This document shows, one piece after another, positions 53,846 to 62,073 of a stretch of DNA of 62,536 bases. Position 1 is the first letter of the stretch. Each line of letters begins with the position of its first letter. This stretch comes from a virus (lineage: Duplodnaviria; Caudoviricetes): IMG/VR virus record IMGVR_UViG_3300017991_000116, positions 1-62,536 of that record. One strand, 5' to 3'. A model generated the notes under the pieces. The model ran no database searches, was not told where the DNA came from, and saw only the letters and a program-made list of their open reading frames with translations. Both the position numbers and the translations under genes were made by a program.

Positions 53846-53941
53846 TGGTGGCCCGAGCAGGAATCGAACCTGCTTGTGGTCGTCCGTCCAGCAAATTCAG
53901 TGGGCACCGAGGCTCGACTTCCAACCGACCGACTCCGGACC
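53846..53941 (-). tRNA. tRNA-like element (96 nt) with encoded CCA and aberrant anticodon arm
   Basis: Acceptor GGTCCGG/TCGGGCC-A-CCA, T arm GCAGG-TTCGATT-CCTGC, D arm TCGG/TCGA; anticodon arm non-canonical. Confidence 0.6.
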
Positions 53942-53964
53942 GTCGTGGGTGGTGGGATCTTGGT

Positions 53965-54125
53965 TTCGCCGGCCTTATGGAGCGTAGCTCCGTGTGGCCT
54001 CCACCGGGGTTCCCTGACGCTGCCACCCAGGCAACGACCTCTCCGAGGTCCGGGGCTTTTTTCGCGGGTGCTACCCCGCTTCTTCATGAGGATCTCGCCA
54101 CCCTCACTAGCCGGCAGCAACCGGC
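53965..54125 (-). ncRNA. Candidate multi-hairpin ncRNA upstream of the tRNA-like element
   Basis: At least six consecutive hairpins within about 160 nt. Confidence 0.45.
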
Positions 54126-54134
54126 GCGTCCTTG

Positions 54135-54395
54135 TCAGTGACACTCGCACGAGCCTCCCGAGGCGACCATCCTGCCCGCCTTGCGCATGTGCTTGCAAGG
54201 CTTGCGGGCGATGGGGCTCTTCTTCTGGAACCGCCAGTTGGGGCACGTGCAGTAGAAGACCCCGTCCGCGCCGCGTCGGACTTGGTAGACCTTGTTGGGG
54301 TTGGTGAAGGAGGGGATCTCTGCGATGAGTGCTTTTTCCATGGTGGACTCCTTGCCTGACATCGGGGATTCGATCTCTTCAGGCATCGTCTTCAT
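54135..54395 (-). CDS. SWIM zinc-finger protein
   Basis: YQV...FYCTCPNW...CKHM. Confidence 0.75.
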   Translation of the reverse strand: MKTMPEEIESPMSGKESTMEKALIAEIPSFTNPNKVYQVRRGADGVFYCTCPNWRFQKKSPIARKPCKHMRKAGRMVASGGSCECH

Positions 54396-54401
54396 GTTTA
54401 G

Positions 54402-54429
54402 AAGATAACACACTGCCAGGGATTGTCAA
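54402..54429 (-). promoter_or_regulatory. Early-type promoter driving SWIM gene and RNA block
   Basis: TTGACA-16-TATCTT, ATG 6 nt downstream. Confidence 0.7.
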
Positions 54430-55013
54430 GCAGAGGATGATCTTTTTTGATCTTTTTCTGAAACCTCTTTGAATAAAGGGTATCCGCGCTCCATGTCGTC
54501 AAGGTGGGAGCCGGCATACCCCAACTCAAGGAGCCGCTCGAGCACCTCTTGGTTGGAGAACTCGCGCCCGAAGTAGCAGCGGTCCGGACGGTACTCGCCG
54601 AGCACCCGGTCCCGCAGGCGGTTGTTGTGAACGCAGCTCTTTCGCTTGAGCTTCTCCTGTCTCATCGTCAGGTCGATGACGGCACCTTGGAATTGGATCC
54701 ACCCGTGCAGGATGGGGAGCCCCTGCGAGGCTGCGCAGGTGACGTAGCCCTCGACGTACCGAAGCGCGCTGCCCGTGTAGAACCTCTTGGCATGCAGGAC
54801 CAGGATCTGCGCGTTGAAGTAGCACTGCTGCCGCTGGAACCGGTGTCCGTACGAGTCGATGACCTCGAAGAGCCAGGCGAGCTCGTCGTCGTACATCGGG
54901 CGGGAGGGCCAGTCTCTACCGTGGTCGAGGAGGTACTGGCCGATGTTGGCGTACTTGTATCCGGGCGGCGTGGGAGCTGCGAGCGAGGCGAGCACCTCGA
55001 GGGATTCGATCAT
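54426..55013 (-). CDS. Hypothetical protein, possible transglutaminase-like Cys/His/Asp triad
   Basis: QCYFNA...YVEGY...HGWI...IDLT. Confidence 0.55.
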   Translation of the reverse strand: MIESLEVLASLAAPTPPGYKYANIGQYLLDHGRDWPSRPMYDDELAWLFEVIDSYGHRFQRQQCYFNAQILVLHAKRFYTGSALRYVEGYVTCAASQGLPILHGWIQFQGAVIDLTMRQEKLKRKSCVHNNRLRDRVLGEYRPDRCYFGREFSNQEVLERLLELGYAGSHLDDMERGYPLFKEVSEKDQKRSSSA

Positions 55014-55019
55014 GCTCCC

Positions 55020-55047
55020 AAGATGTAGCTGCCGGGCTGATTGTCAA
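55020..55047 (-). promoter_or_regulatory. Promoter, leaderless
   Basis: TTGACA-16-CATCTT, ATG 6 nt downstream. Confidence 0.6.
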
Positions 55048-55070
55048 GAACGCGGCCGCGCTCGAGGAGG

Positions 55071-55092
55071 AAACTCCCGAAGCAGGGAGTTT
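55071..55092 (-). terminator. Hairpin terminator after lysozyme-like gene
   Basis: AAACTCCC-6 nt-GGGAGTTT directly after stop. Confidence 0.5.
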
Positions 55093-55979
55093 TACCTGTG
55101 CGCGGTCTTTTCGGGCTTGCGCTCGGGGACGGTCTCGGAGGGCGGGTTCTGAGCTGCCGGCCGGTAGCCCACCATGCGGTAGTAGGTGCCTTGGCGCTTG
55201 GCCGCGAAGTCGTCGTGGATGCCGTAGCTCGAGCACTTCGACCCGGTGCCGTACATCGACCACATCTTGTAGGGCCAGCTCCCGCCCTTGCGGCTGGCGC
55301 ACGACCAGCGAGCTCGGGACAGCGCGCGCATGCCCACGTCGAAGCAGGCGTCGAGAGCCGCGTCGGAGTCCCCGAGCATCCGCTTGGCCCACTTCTCGTC
55401 CCACTCGGAGCGCTCCCGGCCGAAGGGCAGCTTGTCGTAGACCTTGAGCTCCTCGGCGGGAATCCACTTGGCGAACTGCCGGATCTGGTTCGGCATGATC
55501 TGCATCATGCACGTCTCGCCCATCGCTCCTCGGCCCATGGGAGCGTGGCCGAACATGATGTCCTCCCGCAGACCGGACTCCCAGAGAGCCGTCGTCGCTG
55601 CCACCATGGCGAGCGAGCGCGGTCCCTCGGGCCAGCCACTCGGGGTGCAGTCCTCGAGCACGGTGCCGTACGAGTCTCGACAGCGGGCGTGCAGGAAGCT
55701 GACTCTCGCGATGGAGTTTGCGATCTTGCGGTAGCGTGCTCGAGCCGAAGCCTTGCTCTCGGCGATGACCCAGCCTCCTCGAGCGTTCGACCAGCGAGGT
55801 GGAGCGCAGCGCCACGCCTTGATGTTGCACTGGGGCGTGAGCTCGCAGGCGGGAGCGGTCTTGTCCGTCCCGCACGCCGGCACCAGTTCGAAGGAGTAGG
55901 GGCTGTTGCCCGCGTACTTCTCGCCACCGAAGGCCAGCAAGAGAGTAAAGATCATTTCGGCGAACTTGTTCAAGAACAT
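55092..55979 (-). CDS. Lysozyme/lytic-transglycosylase-like protein with N-terminal hydrophobic segment
   Basis: TALWESG (catalytic Glu) ... GETCMMQIMP ... MYGTG; many Cys. Confidence 0.55.
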   Translation of the reverse strand: MFLNKFAEMIFTLLLAFGGEKYAGNSPYSFELVPACGTDKTAPACELTPQCNIKAWRCAPPRWSNARGGWVIAESKASARARYRKIANSIARVSFLHARCRDSYGTVLEDCTPSGWPEGPRSLAMVAATTALWESGLREDIMFGHAPMGRGAMGETCMMQIMPNQIRQFAKWIPAEELKVYDKLPFGRERSEWDEKWAKRMLGDSDAALDACFDVGMRALSRARWSCASRKGGSWPYKMWSMYGTGSKCSSYGIHDDFAAKRQGTYYRMVGYRPAAQNPPSETVPERKPEKTAHR

Positions 55980-55994
55980 GGTTCCTCCTGACGC

Positions 55995-56017
55995 AAAAAG
56001 CCTCCCGTGGAAGGCTT
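55995..56017 (-). terminator. Terminator immediately upstream of lysozyme-like gene RBS
   Basis: AAGCCTTC-CACG-GGAGGCTT then TTT. Confidence 0.6.
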
Positions 56018-56049
56018 CTCGCTTATCAGACTGGGCGAAGGCTACGATC

Positions 56050-56631
56050 TCAGGGGGTTGCAGTCAACTTACCCCAGATCCAGTCTGCCCACATCTTCCT
56101 ACCTTTGAACGACGGATGGATCTTGTCCTCCCACATCGGCATCACGCACTGGCGCGAGTCGAGCAGCAGGATGTCCCTCTCCGTCACCATCTTCCGGACC
56201 TCGTCGGCGCCGCGCTCGGGGCGACGTGGGAGTTTGGGAGGTCCGACCCAGACCAGCCGAGCTCCGCTCTTGCCCAGCTTGGGAAGGAGCTGATCCAGGT
56301 GCCTCGAGAACGTCTTGCGGACGTGGCTCCCGAAGTGGGCGTCGTTGGTCCCCAGCACGATGAGCAGGACGTCGGGCTTGAAGGCGACGACCTGGTTGAT
56401 GTGCCGCTGGTGCGCCCGCTGGTTCCACCACATGATGCTGGTGCCCCCGACAGGATTGCCCCGTAGGACGACTCCGTCACGCCTTGCGAGCTTCGGGAGC
56501 TCGTGCATGAGCAACCAGCCGTTCGAGTCCCCGATGACCCATACACGAGTCCCCTGCGAGACGAGAGGGGGTGTCTTGGCGTGGGCGGGGGTGACGAGCA
56601 GCAGCAACAGAAGAAGGACGCGTCCGATCAT
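56050..56631 (-). CDS. Secreted SGNH/GDSL hydrolase
   Basis: Signal peptide (AHA), GDSN, GTND, DKIHP. Confidence 0.85.
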   Translation of the reverse strand: MIGRVLLLLLLLVTPAHAKTPPLVSQGTRVWVIGDSNGWLLMHELPKLARRDGVVLRGNPVGGTSIMWWNQRAHQRHINQVVAFKPDVLLIVLGTNDAHFGSHVRKTFSRHLDQLLPKLGKSGARLVWVGPPKLPRRPERGADEVRKMVTERDILLLDSRQCVMPMWEDKIHPSFKGRKMWADWIWGKLTATP

Positions 56632-57551
56632 TCTCCGTCCCAGGCTAGCAGGCTTTGGATGAAGACGACAGACGGGTGCCTGTCCTTCTCCTTGACGGTG
56701 AACCCGGCCGAAGCCGAATGACCGCCGCCCCCGTAGGAGCGCGCCAGCTCGCCCACGTCGAAGCCGGTGTGGCTCCGCAGGGAGAAGGTGATCTGGGGTT
56801 CACCGTGCTCGGTGTGGATGAAGTAGCCGCAGACGATGTCCACCTCGTCGTCCAGCATCTCGGCCGCGTCGCTGGCCGACACCACGTTGTTGAACATGAT
56901 GACCCGGTGGGGGCCGACCATGAAGCGCTGGCCCTTCTCGATGCTCGTGCGGGCGAAGGCGACCTTGCGCTTGTACAGGGTCCTGCCGACCTCGCGGATG
57001 TCTGCCCACTCCTTGTCGGAAGCGTTGCGCAGCGTGTCCAGGGGGTAGACCCGGAGGGCCTCGCTCAGCGAGCAGGCTTCGAACCAGTCGGGGTGCTTGC
57101 TCTGCCAGGTGTCGCGGATGCCGACGAGCCGGGCGAGCTCTTCCATGCGAGGCGCGGCCTTGAACATCTCGGTGGTGGTGGGGGCTGCCGAGAAGACCGA
57201 CCGGAACGCCAGCACGGCGCCGCTCACTCCAGGCTCCTTCTTCTCGTCGCCGAACACCCCGAGCTCGCCGAAGATGCCGACAGCGTCCCGGCGCGTCTTG
57301 TGGTGCTCGAGCACGATGGCGCCTGCCTTGGCGAACTCGCCGATGCGCCTGTCGTGCGGAGAGAAGTCGACGAAGCACATGCCGCCCTTGGGCTCCAGGT
57401 CGATGTGCTCGCTCGTGTTGTACTGCATGAACAGCACCTCGGCCTCGGGCCAGACGTGCAGCAGGATGAGGGCGCCCGCGATGCCGTCAGGGCAGTTGTG
57501 GGCTACGATCTTGTTGACCGCGTCGTGTCGCAATTTAGCGTTGGGGATCAT
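56628..57551 (-). CDS. DHH/DHHA1 phosphoesterase
   Basis: HNCPDG, FVDFS, EHH, FSLRS, GGGGHSASAGF. Confidence 0.85.
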   Translation of the reverse strand: MIPNAKLRHDAVNKIVAHNCPDGIAGALILLHVWPEAEVLFMQYNTSEHIDLEPKGGMCFVDFSPHDRRIGEFAKAGAIVLEHHKTRRDAVGIFGELGVFGDEKKEPGVSGAVLAFRSVFSAAPTTTEMFKAAPRMEELARLVGIRDTWQSKHPDWFEACSLSEALRVYPLDTLRNASDKEWADIREVGRTLYKRKVAFARTSIEKGQRFMVGPHRVIMFNNVVSASDAAEMLDDEVDIVCGYFIHTEHGEPQITFSLRSHTGFDVGELARSYGGGGHSASAGFTVKEKDRHPSVVFIQSLLAWDGE

Positions 57552-57865
57552 CAGGACTCCAGCATGTAGGGAACCCGCTTGAGCGCGGTCTTGGGGAAGT
57601 CGTCGCTTTTCACGTAGAAGTGGTGCTTGGGGCCTCGGTAGACCCAGAGCATCAAACCGCTCTTGAACTTGAAAGGGCCCGAGCCGTACTTCTCCACGAC
57701 GCTCTCGGCGACCAGGTGCGAGAGCATGGGCAAGCCTTCACTTGCGGTCGTCACGTAGAGCTCGAGACGCTCGCGGATGTCAGCCGCGTCGAAGGGCAAC
57801 GCCTTGCGACCGAGCTTCTGCTTCAGCCAAGGGGGAGTGACAGGTGGGGCGACTTTCTTAGGCAC
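57551..57865 (-). CDS. Hypothetical protein
   Basis: GTG start 6 nt after the -10. Confidence 0.55.
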   Translation of the reverse strand: MPKKVAPPVTPPWLKQKLGRKALPFDAADIRERLELYVTTASEGLPMLSHLVAESVVEKYGSGPFKFKSGLMLWVYRGPKHHFYVKSDDFPKTALKRVPYMLES

Positions 57866-57871
57866 GCCCTC

Positions 57872-57900
57872 AATGTATTACGTGTGGTCGGGATTGTCAA
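57872..57900 (-). promoter_or_regulatory. Promoter, leaderless
   Basis: TTGACA-17-TACATT. Confidence 0.65.
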
Positions 57901-57904
57901 GAGG

Positions 57905-58354
57905 TCAACGCTTCATGCGCCGACGTTCTTTGGCTTCCTTCGCCGCCGCCTTGCGAGCTGCCTCGATGTCGTCGAGAGCTTCCTTGCAGGCACGGAGCGA
58001 ATCCATCCCGTTGGCGAGCTCCTGGTCGAGACGGTACATGTCAGCTCGGCTCTTCTCGTTCATGCCGCCGGCCCGCTCGCGGTCGTGCTGGACCGTGGCG
58101 TTGACGCGCGCCATGAGCTTGTGGGCCCGCTCGAGCGCCAGCTTCATCTCCTTGACGCCCTTGAACATCGTCAGTGACCTGCGCTCCTCGAGCGGCTCGG
58201 TCCGAGCTGGGGGCGCCGGATCAGGCACGTGCGTGGGGTTGTCGGAAAACTCCACGATCGGCTGGGCGGGTTGGAACATGGCATTCAGCCCCCCGAATTC
58301 GCGAGGCTTGATCCCCATCAGTTGCTTCATCTCTTCGGTGAGGTGATTGCTCAT
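57905..58354 (-). CDS. Putative virion/internal protein
   Basis: MSNHLTEEMKQLMGI N-terminus; ATG 6 nt after TTGAGG-17-TACAGT. Confidence 0.5.
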   Translation of the reverse strand: MSNHLTEEMKQLMGIKPREFGGLNAMFQPAQPIVEFSDNPTHVPDPAPPARTEPLEERRSLTMFKGVKEMKLALERAHKLMARVNATVQHDRERAGGMNEKSRADMYRLDQELANGMDSLRACKEALDDIEAARKAAAKEAKERRRMKR

Positions 58355-58392
58355 AAGGCAACTGTACGCGAAGCCCTGGGCAACCTCAAGGG

Positions 58393-58782
58393 CTAGTCGG
58401 CAGCAGAGTGACCTTGATCGCAGGTCCAGCCCCCAGGCCCGCGCCACATCTTGCCCCCGCACTCGGGGCACTTGCGCAGCTTGGGTCGGACCCGGAAGGT
58501 GACGTCCGGATCAGGCTCGGAGGCTTCTGAAGGGGGAGGGGCGGGAGTCGTGGCAGGGACCTCGACCTCCGTGGCGGCCGGATCCGGATGGAGCTCCTCG
58601 AGCACGTCGCGGACTTCCTGCACCTGGTTGAGCACGTCCTGCCGAAGGAGGACGGCGTGCAGCGCGTCGGCCGCGTCGTGCAGGCGGAGCGCCGCACGCT
58701 GGACTCCCACCGAGTCGGTCGCGTTCGCCAAGGCGAGCGCCCGCTCGGTCAGGGACTCCAGTTCGTTGACGGGGATGCTCAC
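58393..58782 (-). CDS. Hypothetical protein with C-terminal zinc ribbon
   Basis: CPECGG...WTCDQGH. Confidence 0.55.
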   Translation of the reverse strand: MSIPVNELESLTERALALANATDSVGVQRAALRLHDAADALHAVLLRQDVLNQVQEVRDVLEELHPDPAATEVEVPATTPAPPPSEASEPDPDVTFRVRPKLRKCPECGGKMWRGPGGWTCDQGHSAAD

Positions 58783-59825
58783 TTCTTGAAGGTACCAGTG
58801 ATGGGGTCACGGCCCATCTGCGTCGGGATGGGGCCACCTCGGTGGAACTTGTCGGGCGGCAGCTTCGCGTCCATCTCGCGGCACGCCGCCAAGACCTTGT
58901 CCATGCCCTCGGGCACCGGACTCATGACCGAGTCACTCGTCACCATGGGCAGGTTCGGCCAACGGATCTTGAGGGTGGCCGAGTCGGTGAGCCACGGTTC
59001 GACGGCGCGGGACCAGGCGTAGACTTCCTCGCTCGTGCCGACCACGGGCTTGGGCTGGATGAGCAAGTGCTTGGCACCGTGCTGGCGAGCGAAGGGCTCG
59101 AGCCCGGTGGCCTTGAGCGCGGCACGCACCACGAACTTCACCTGCTCCTTGGAGCCGATCCATGGCGGGACCGGACCGAACGAGCGGACCTTCCCAGCGT
59201 TCAGGACCGCGTCACGGACAACGGCGATGGCGAAGCTGCGGAGCATCTGCTCGGCGTTCAGGTGACCGTTCATCATCTGCACGAACATGCGCGCCGCGTC
59301 GGCTTCCTTCTCGGAAGGCTGCCACTCGGGGCCGACCTCCAAGGGAGCCATGGCGGTTTCCTCTGCCTTGGCGTACGCGGTGAGCTCGGGAGTCGGGGGG
59401 TTCTGCGCCTTCGTGTAGAACAGGTCGCAGTCGTCCTCGGGATCTTCCTCGTCGTCATCCTCGTCTTCGTCATCGTCGCGAGGGTTCGCGCAACCTTCGA
59501 GGATGGACAGGTCGGGGACGGACTTGCGGGCGAACTGAAGGGCGAAGACCTCGCTCGTGTTGTTCGACCTGAGCACGATGTCTTGCTGGTCGGCGTCGCT
59601 GTGCGGGAAGGCCAAGACCTCGGTCACGTTGATGATCTTGCCGTAGTCCTCGACCAACGCTTCGATGTCCGTCTCGATGCGCACGATGCAGTCGCTCTTG
59701 TCGCCGACACCGAAGAAGAACTCGACGTGTCCGATGAAGCGCTTGTCGCCTCGCCAGCCACCCTCCTCTTGTCCGCGAAGACGGGCGATGTACTGCTTGT
59801 TGGGAATGGGAGTCAGTTGGGGCAT
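58779..59825 (-). CDS. Hypothetical protein
   Basis: AGGAG RBS after promoter. Confidence 0.6.
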   Translation of the reverse strand: MPQLTPIPNKQYIARLRGQEEGGWRGDKRFIGHVEFFFGVGDKSDCIVRIETDIEALVEDYGKIINVTEVLAFPHSDADQQDIVLRSNNTSEVFALQFARKSVPDLSILEGCANPRDDDEDEDDDEEDPEDDCDLFYTKAQNPPTPELTAYAKAEETAMAPLEVGPEWQPSEKEADAARMFVQMMNGHLNAEQMLRSFAIAVVRDAVLNAGKVRSFGPVPPWIGSKEQVKFVVRAALKATGLEPFARQHGAKHLLIQPKPVVGTSEEVYAWSRAVEPWLTDSATLKIRWPNLPMVTSDSVMSPVPEGMDKVLAACREMDAKLPPDKFHRGGPIPTQMGRDPITGTFKK

Positions 59826-59854
59826 GGGATTCTCCTATCGTCCGATCTTCAACC

Positions 59855-59882
59855 AAGATAATACATGACAAGCTATTGTCAA
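59855..59882 (-). promoter_or_regulatory. Early-type promoter
   Basis: TTGACA-16-TATCTT. Confidence 0.7.
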
Positions 59883-59883
59883 G

Positions 59884-60606
59884 TCACTTCTTTTTCTTCT
59901 TCGCTCCCGCTTCACAGCCTCGCACGAACGCGTCGTCGATCAAGGCTTGAATCTGCTTGCGGGTCGCCTCGCCGCGCAGCGGCTTGCGGGGTGGCGGCTT
60001 GGGCAGCGTCTCTGCGGTGAGCACGCCCCCGAGATGCCGGTCCTCATGCTCCTTGGGGCTGAGCTCCTCGAGGTTGTCCCAGCGGTTGTTCCACGGGTTG
60101 CCGTCACGGTGGTGTGTGTGCATGCCCTTGGCGGCTTGCACGATGAGTCGGTGCAGCGGCACGTAGTCCTTGTCGATGAGCACCACGATCCGGTAGTCGG
60201 GGTCGAGCTTCATCGCGGGACGCTTGTCGCCGCCGTGAGCTGCGCAGGCGCCGGGCGACATCAACAGCTCGGGGCAGCCGTTGTGCGAGCACTTGTAAAG
60301 CTGGAACTTGGGCCACCGGTTCTTCCACCACTTCTTCTGCGCGGCCGGGAGCAAACCGACCGCTTCCTCCTCGAGCGGCTTGCTCTTGCGGGCGAGGCCC
60401 CGATTGACGTAGGCCGCGACGCTCGCAAGGTCGGAGGGGTCCAGCCTCTTGTCCGTGATGGCCTTTCGCACCGTCTGGTTGCCCACTCCTGCCGCTTTCG
60501 CGATGTCAGCGAGGGTGAAGCCGTGCGGTACGGGTCCGCGCTCTTTATGGCCTGGTAGCATCTGTCTGGGGTTCTCCCCCGGCTTGAGCACCATGCTCCG
60601 CAGCAT
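59884..60606 (-). CDS. HTH + HNH endonuclease
   Basis: TLADIAKAAGV HTH; LHRLI...HHRDGNPWNNRWDNLEEL...H. Confidence 0.8.
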   Translation of the reverse strand: MLRSMVLKPGENPRQMLPGHKERGPVPHGFTLADIAKAAGVGNQTVRKAITDKRLDPSDLASVAAYVNRGLARKSKPLEEEAVGLLPAAQKKWWKNRWPKFQLYKCSHNGCPELLMSPGACAAHGGDKRPAMKLDPDYRIVVLIDKDYVPLHRLIVQAAKGMHTHHRDGNPWNNRWDNLEELSPKEHEDRHLGGVLTAETLPKPPPRKPLRGEATRKQIQALIDDAFVRGCEAGAKKKKK

Positions 60607-60786
60607 GGCACGACTGCCGGCTCACGTCAACATTTGTAGTCTGTCTCCCCCGCTTGAGAGGAGCAGCCAGCGTGCGGGCGAGCGCACGGTAGGCGAGGCG
60701 TTCGGAGAGCTCTTCGGAGAGCTCGACACAGAGCCCCACTCCTACCCAGAAGCAGGACTCCAGAATCTCTTTGGCGGTCTTGTCGC

Positions 60787-61005
60787 TCATGATGCCAGCT
60801 TAGCTTCCAGGCGCCTGTAGACCACCTGGACGAAGTCCCGCACCTCGGCTTCGGACATAGATTTCTCGGCCATGTCCTTGACAGCTTCGGCGAGCACGGC
60901 AGCCACGGCGTCGGCCAGTCGGTCGTGGTCGACGTGGGGGTACTTCTTCTGCGCCTCCACGAAGACGGCGATGGCGTGTTGCTTCAGTTCGGGGGACAGG
61001 TTCAT
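60787..61005 (-). CDS. Small helical hypothetical protein
   Basis: AGGAG RBS, coupled. Confidence 0.5.
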   Translation of the reverse strand: MNLSPELKQHAIAVFVEAQKKYPHVDHDRLADAVAAVLAEAVKDMAEKSMSEAEVRDFVQVVYRRLEAKLAS

Positions 61006-62057
61006 TCCGCGTCTCCTACGACGTGCTCCCGCTTGACGATGGGAGCGTCCTTGGGGCCTCGCCAGAAGGGCTCACGGAAGATCAACTTGCGCAGGCTGTT
61101 GCGGGGCCCGTGTGGCTGCATCTTCCAATGCCCTCGGACAAGCGAGCGAACCGTCAGGACGTGCCCCTTGCGAGGCTTCTGGATGGCTTCCTTGATGGCC
61201 TTGCGGCAGTCCACGTTCACCGGGGCGCCCACGACGAAGTTGCGGGTCGTGCCCTTGCCCTTGTTCTTCTTGCTCACCATGCGAAAGGAACCTCGAGCAC
61301 GCTCCTTGCGCTTGACCTCCCGCACCTTGCTGGGATCGCTCAGCGTCAGGCAGAGCCCGATGACGAGACGGCCGACCAGCGTCAGGATGAGAAGGTCGCG
61401 TTGGTCGAGCTCCGGACCGAAGACCGGGTTCAGCAGACCGTTGCCGACTTCGACCAGTTGCTCGGTGGTCAGACCGTGCCGCCAGATCTCCATCCCGTCC
61501 GCTTCCAGCAAGATGTTCCAGACGAGCCCCTTGCTACTGGGGATGGCGTGCACGAGCGCCCACTTGATCGGAGACTCGTCACCGTCCACTTCCATGACGA
61601 GCCCTTCGGGCAAGTCAACCAGGAACGCTTCCCACGGCGGCTTGACCATCCCGGCGACGTTCGGGTCACACTTGGAAGCCATGAGCATCGCGGGGTACTT
61701 GGGGTTGTCCCACACGACACGGGGCATGCCCTGCTCGTACCAACGCGCCGTCCAGTTCATCATGATCTGAACGCTCGGCAGGATGTAGGCCACGCCGAAG
61801 TCGGGGTTGTCGAGGGAGTACTGCCTGAAGTTCTCGTGGACCTGTTGTGCGTCGAGGTCGGGGTCGCCTTGGAAGCCGATGCGGTAGGAGCCCTCGGCGA
61901 GCTTCTCCATGTTCTTGATGGAGCCCAGGCTCGAGGGGCCCGCCATCCGTGCGGCGCGAAGGCGGTCGACGTGCGGACCAATGAGCTCGACAGCAGCCTT
62001 CTGTGCTTCGTGCCAGGTCGTGATCGGGGGGTAGCCGTCTTGCTCTCGTCGCGTCAT
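61002..62057 (-). CDS. Hypothetical phage protein
   Basis: C-terminal VRGHWKMQPHGP...LIFREPFWRGP motif; GAGGAGG RBS. Confidence 0.65.
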   Translation of the reverse strand: MTRREQDGYPPITTWHEAQKAAVELIGPHVDRLRAARMAGPSSLGSIKNMEKLAEGSYRIGFQGDPDLDAQQVHENFRQYSLDNPDFGVAYILPSVQIMMNWTARWYEQGMPRVVWDNPKYPAMLMASKCDPNVAGMVKPPWEAFLVDLPEGLVMEVDGDESPIKWALVHAIPSSKGLVWNILLEADGMEIWRHGLTTEQLVEVGNGLLNPVFGPELDQRDLLILTLVGRLVIGLCLTLSDPSKVREVKRKERARGSFRMVSKKNKGKGTTRNFVVGAPVNVDCRKAIKEAIQKPRKGHVLTVRSLVRGHWKMQPHGPRNSLRKLIFREPFWRGPKDAPIVKREHVVGDAE

Positions 62058-62073
62058 TCCTGCCTCCTCTGTG

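Noticed and set aside
53960-54095. Hammerhead ribozyme (CTCATGA...GAAA, GGCGAAAC)
   Set aside because: The core does not match CUGANGA and the spacing to stem II and GAAA is wrong.
53846-54134. tmRNA
   Set aside because: The acceptor has U3-G70 rather than G3-U70, the matching 5' strand is only 96 nt from the CCA, and no tag ORF is evident.
53698-54307. ORFs of 143-173 aa spanning the RNA block
   Set aside because: Arg/Pro/Ser-rich, overlap real genes, and lack the codon pattern of neighbours; the structure is better explained as RNA.
60545-60790. 81-aa ORF MSDKTAK
   Set aside because: Plausibly real because it is coupled to the upstream gene, but it overlaps the HNH gene start and has no motif, so it was left uncalled.
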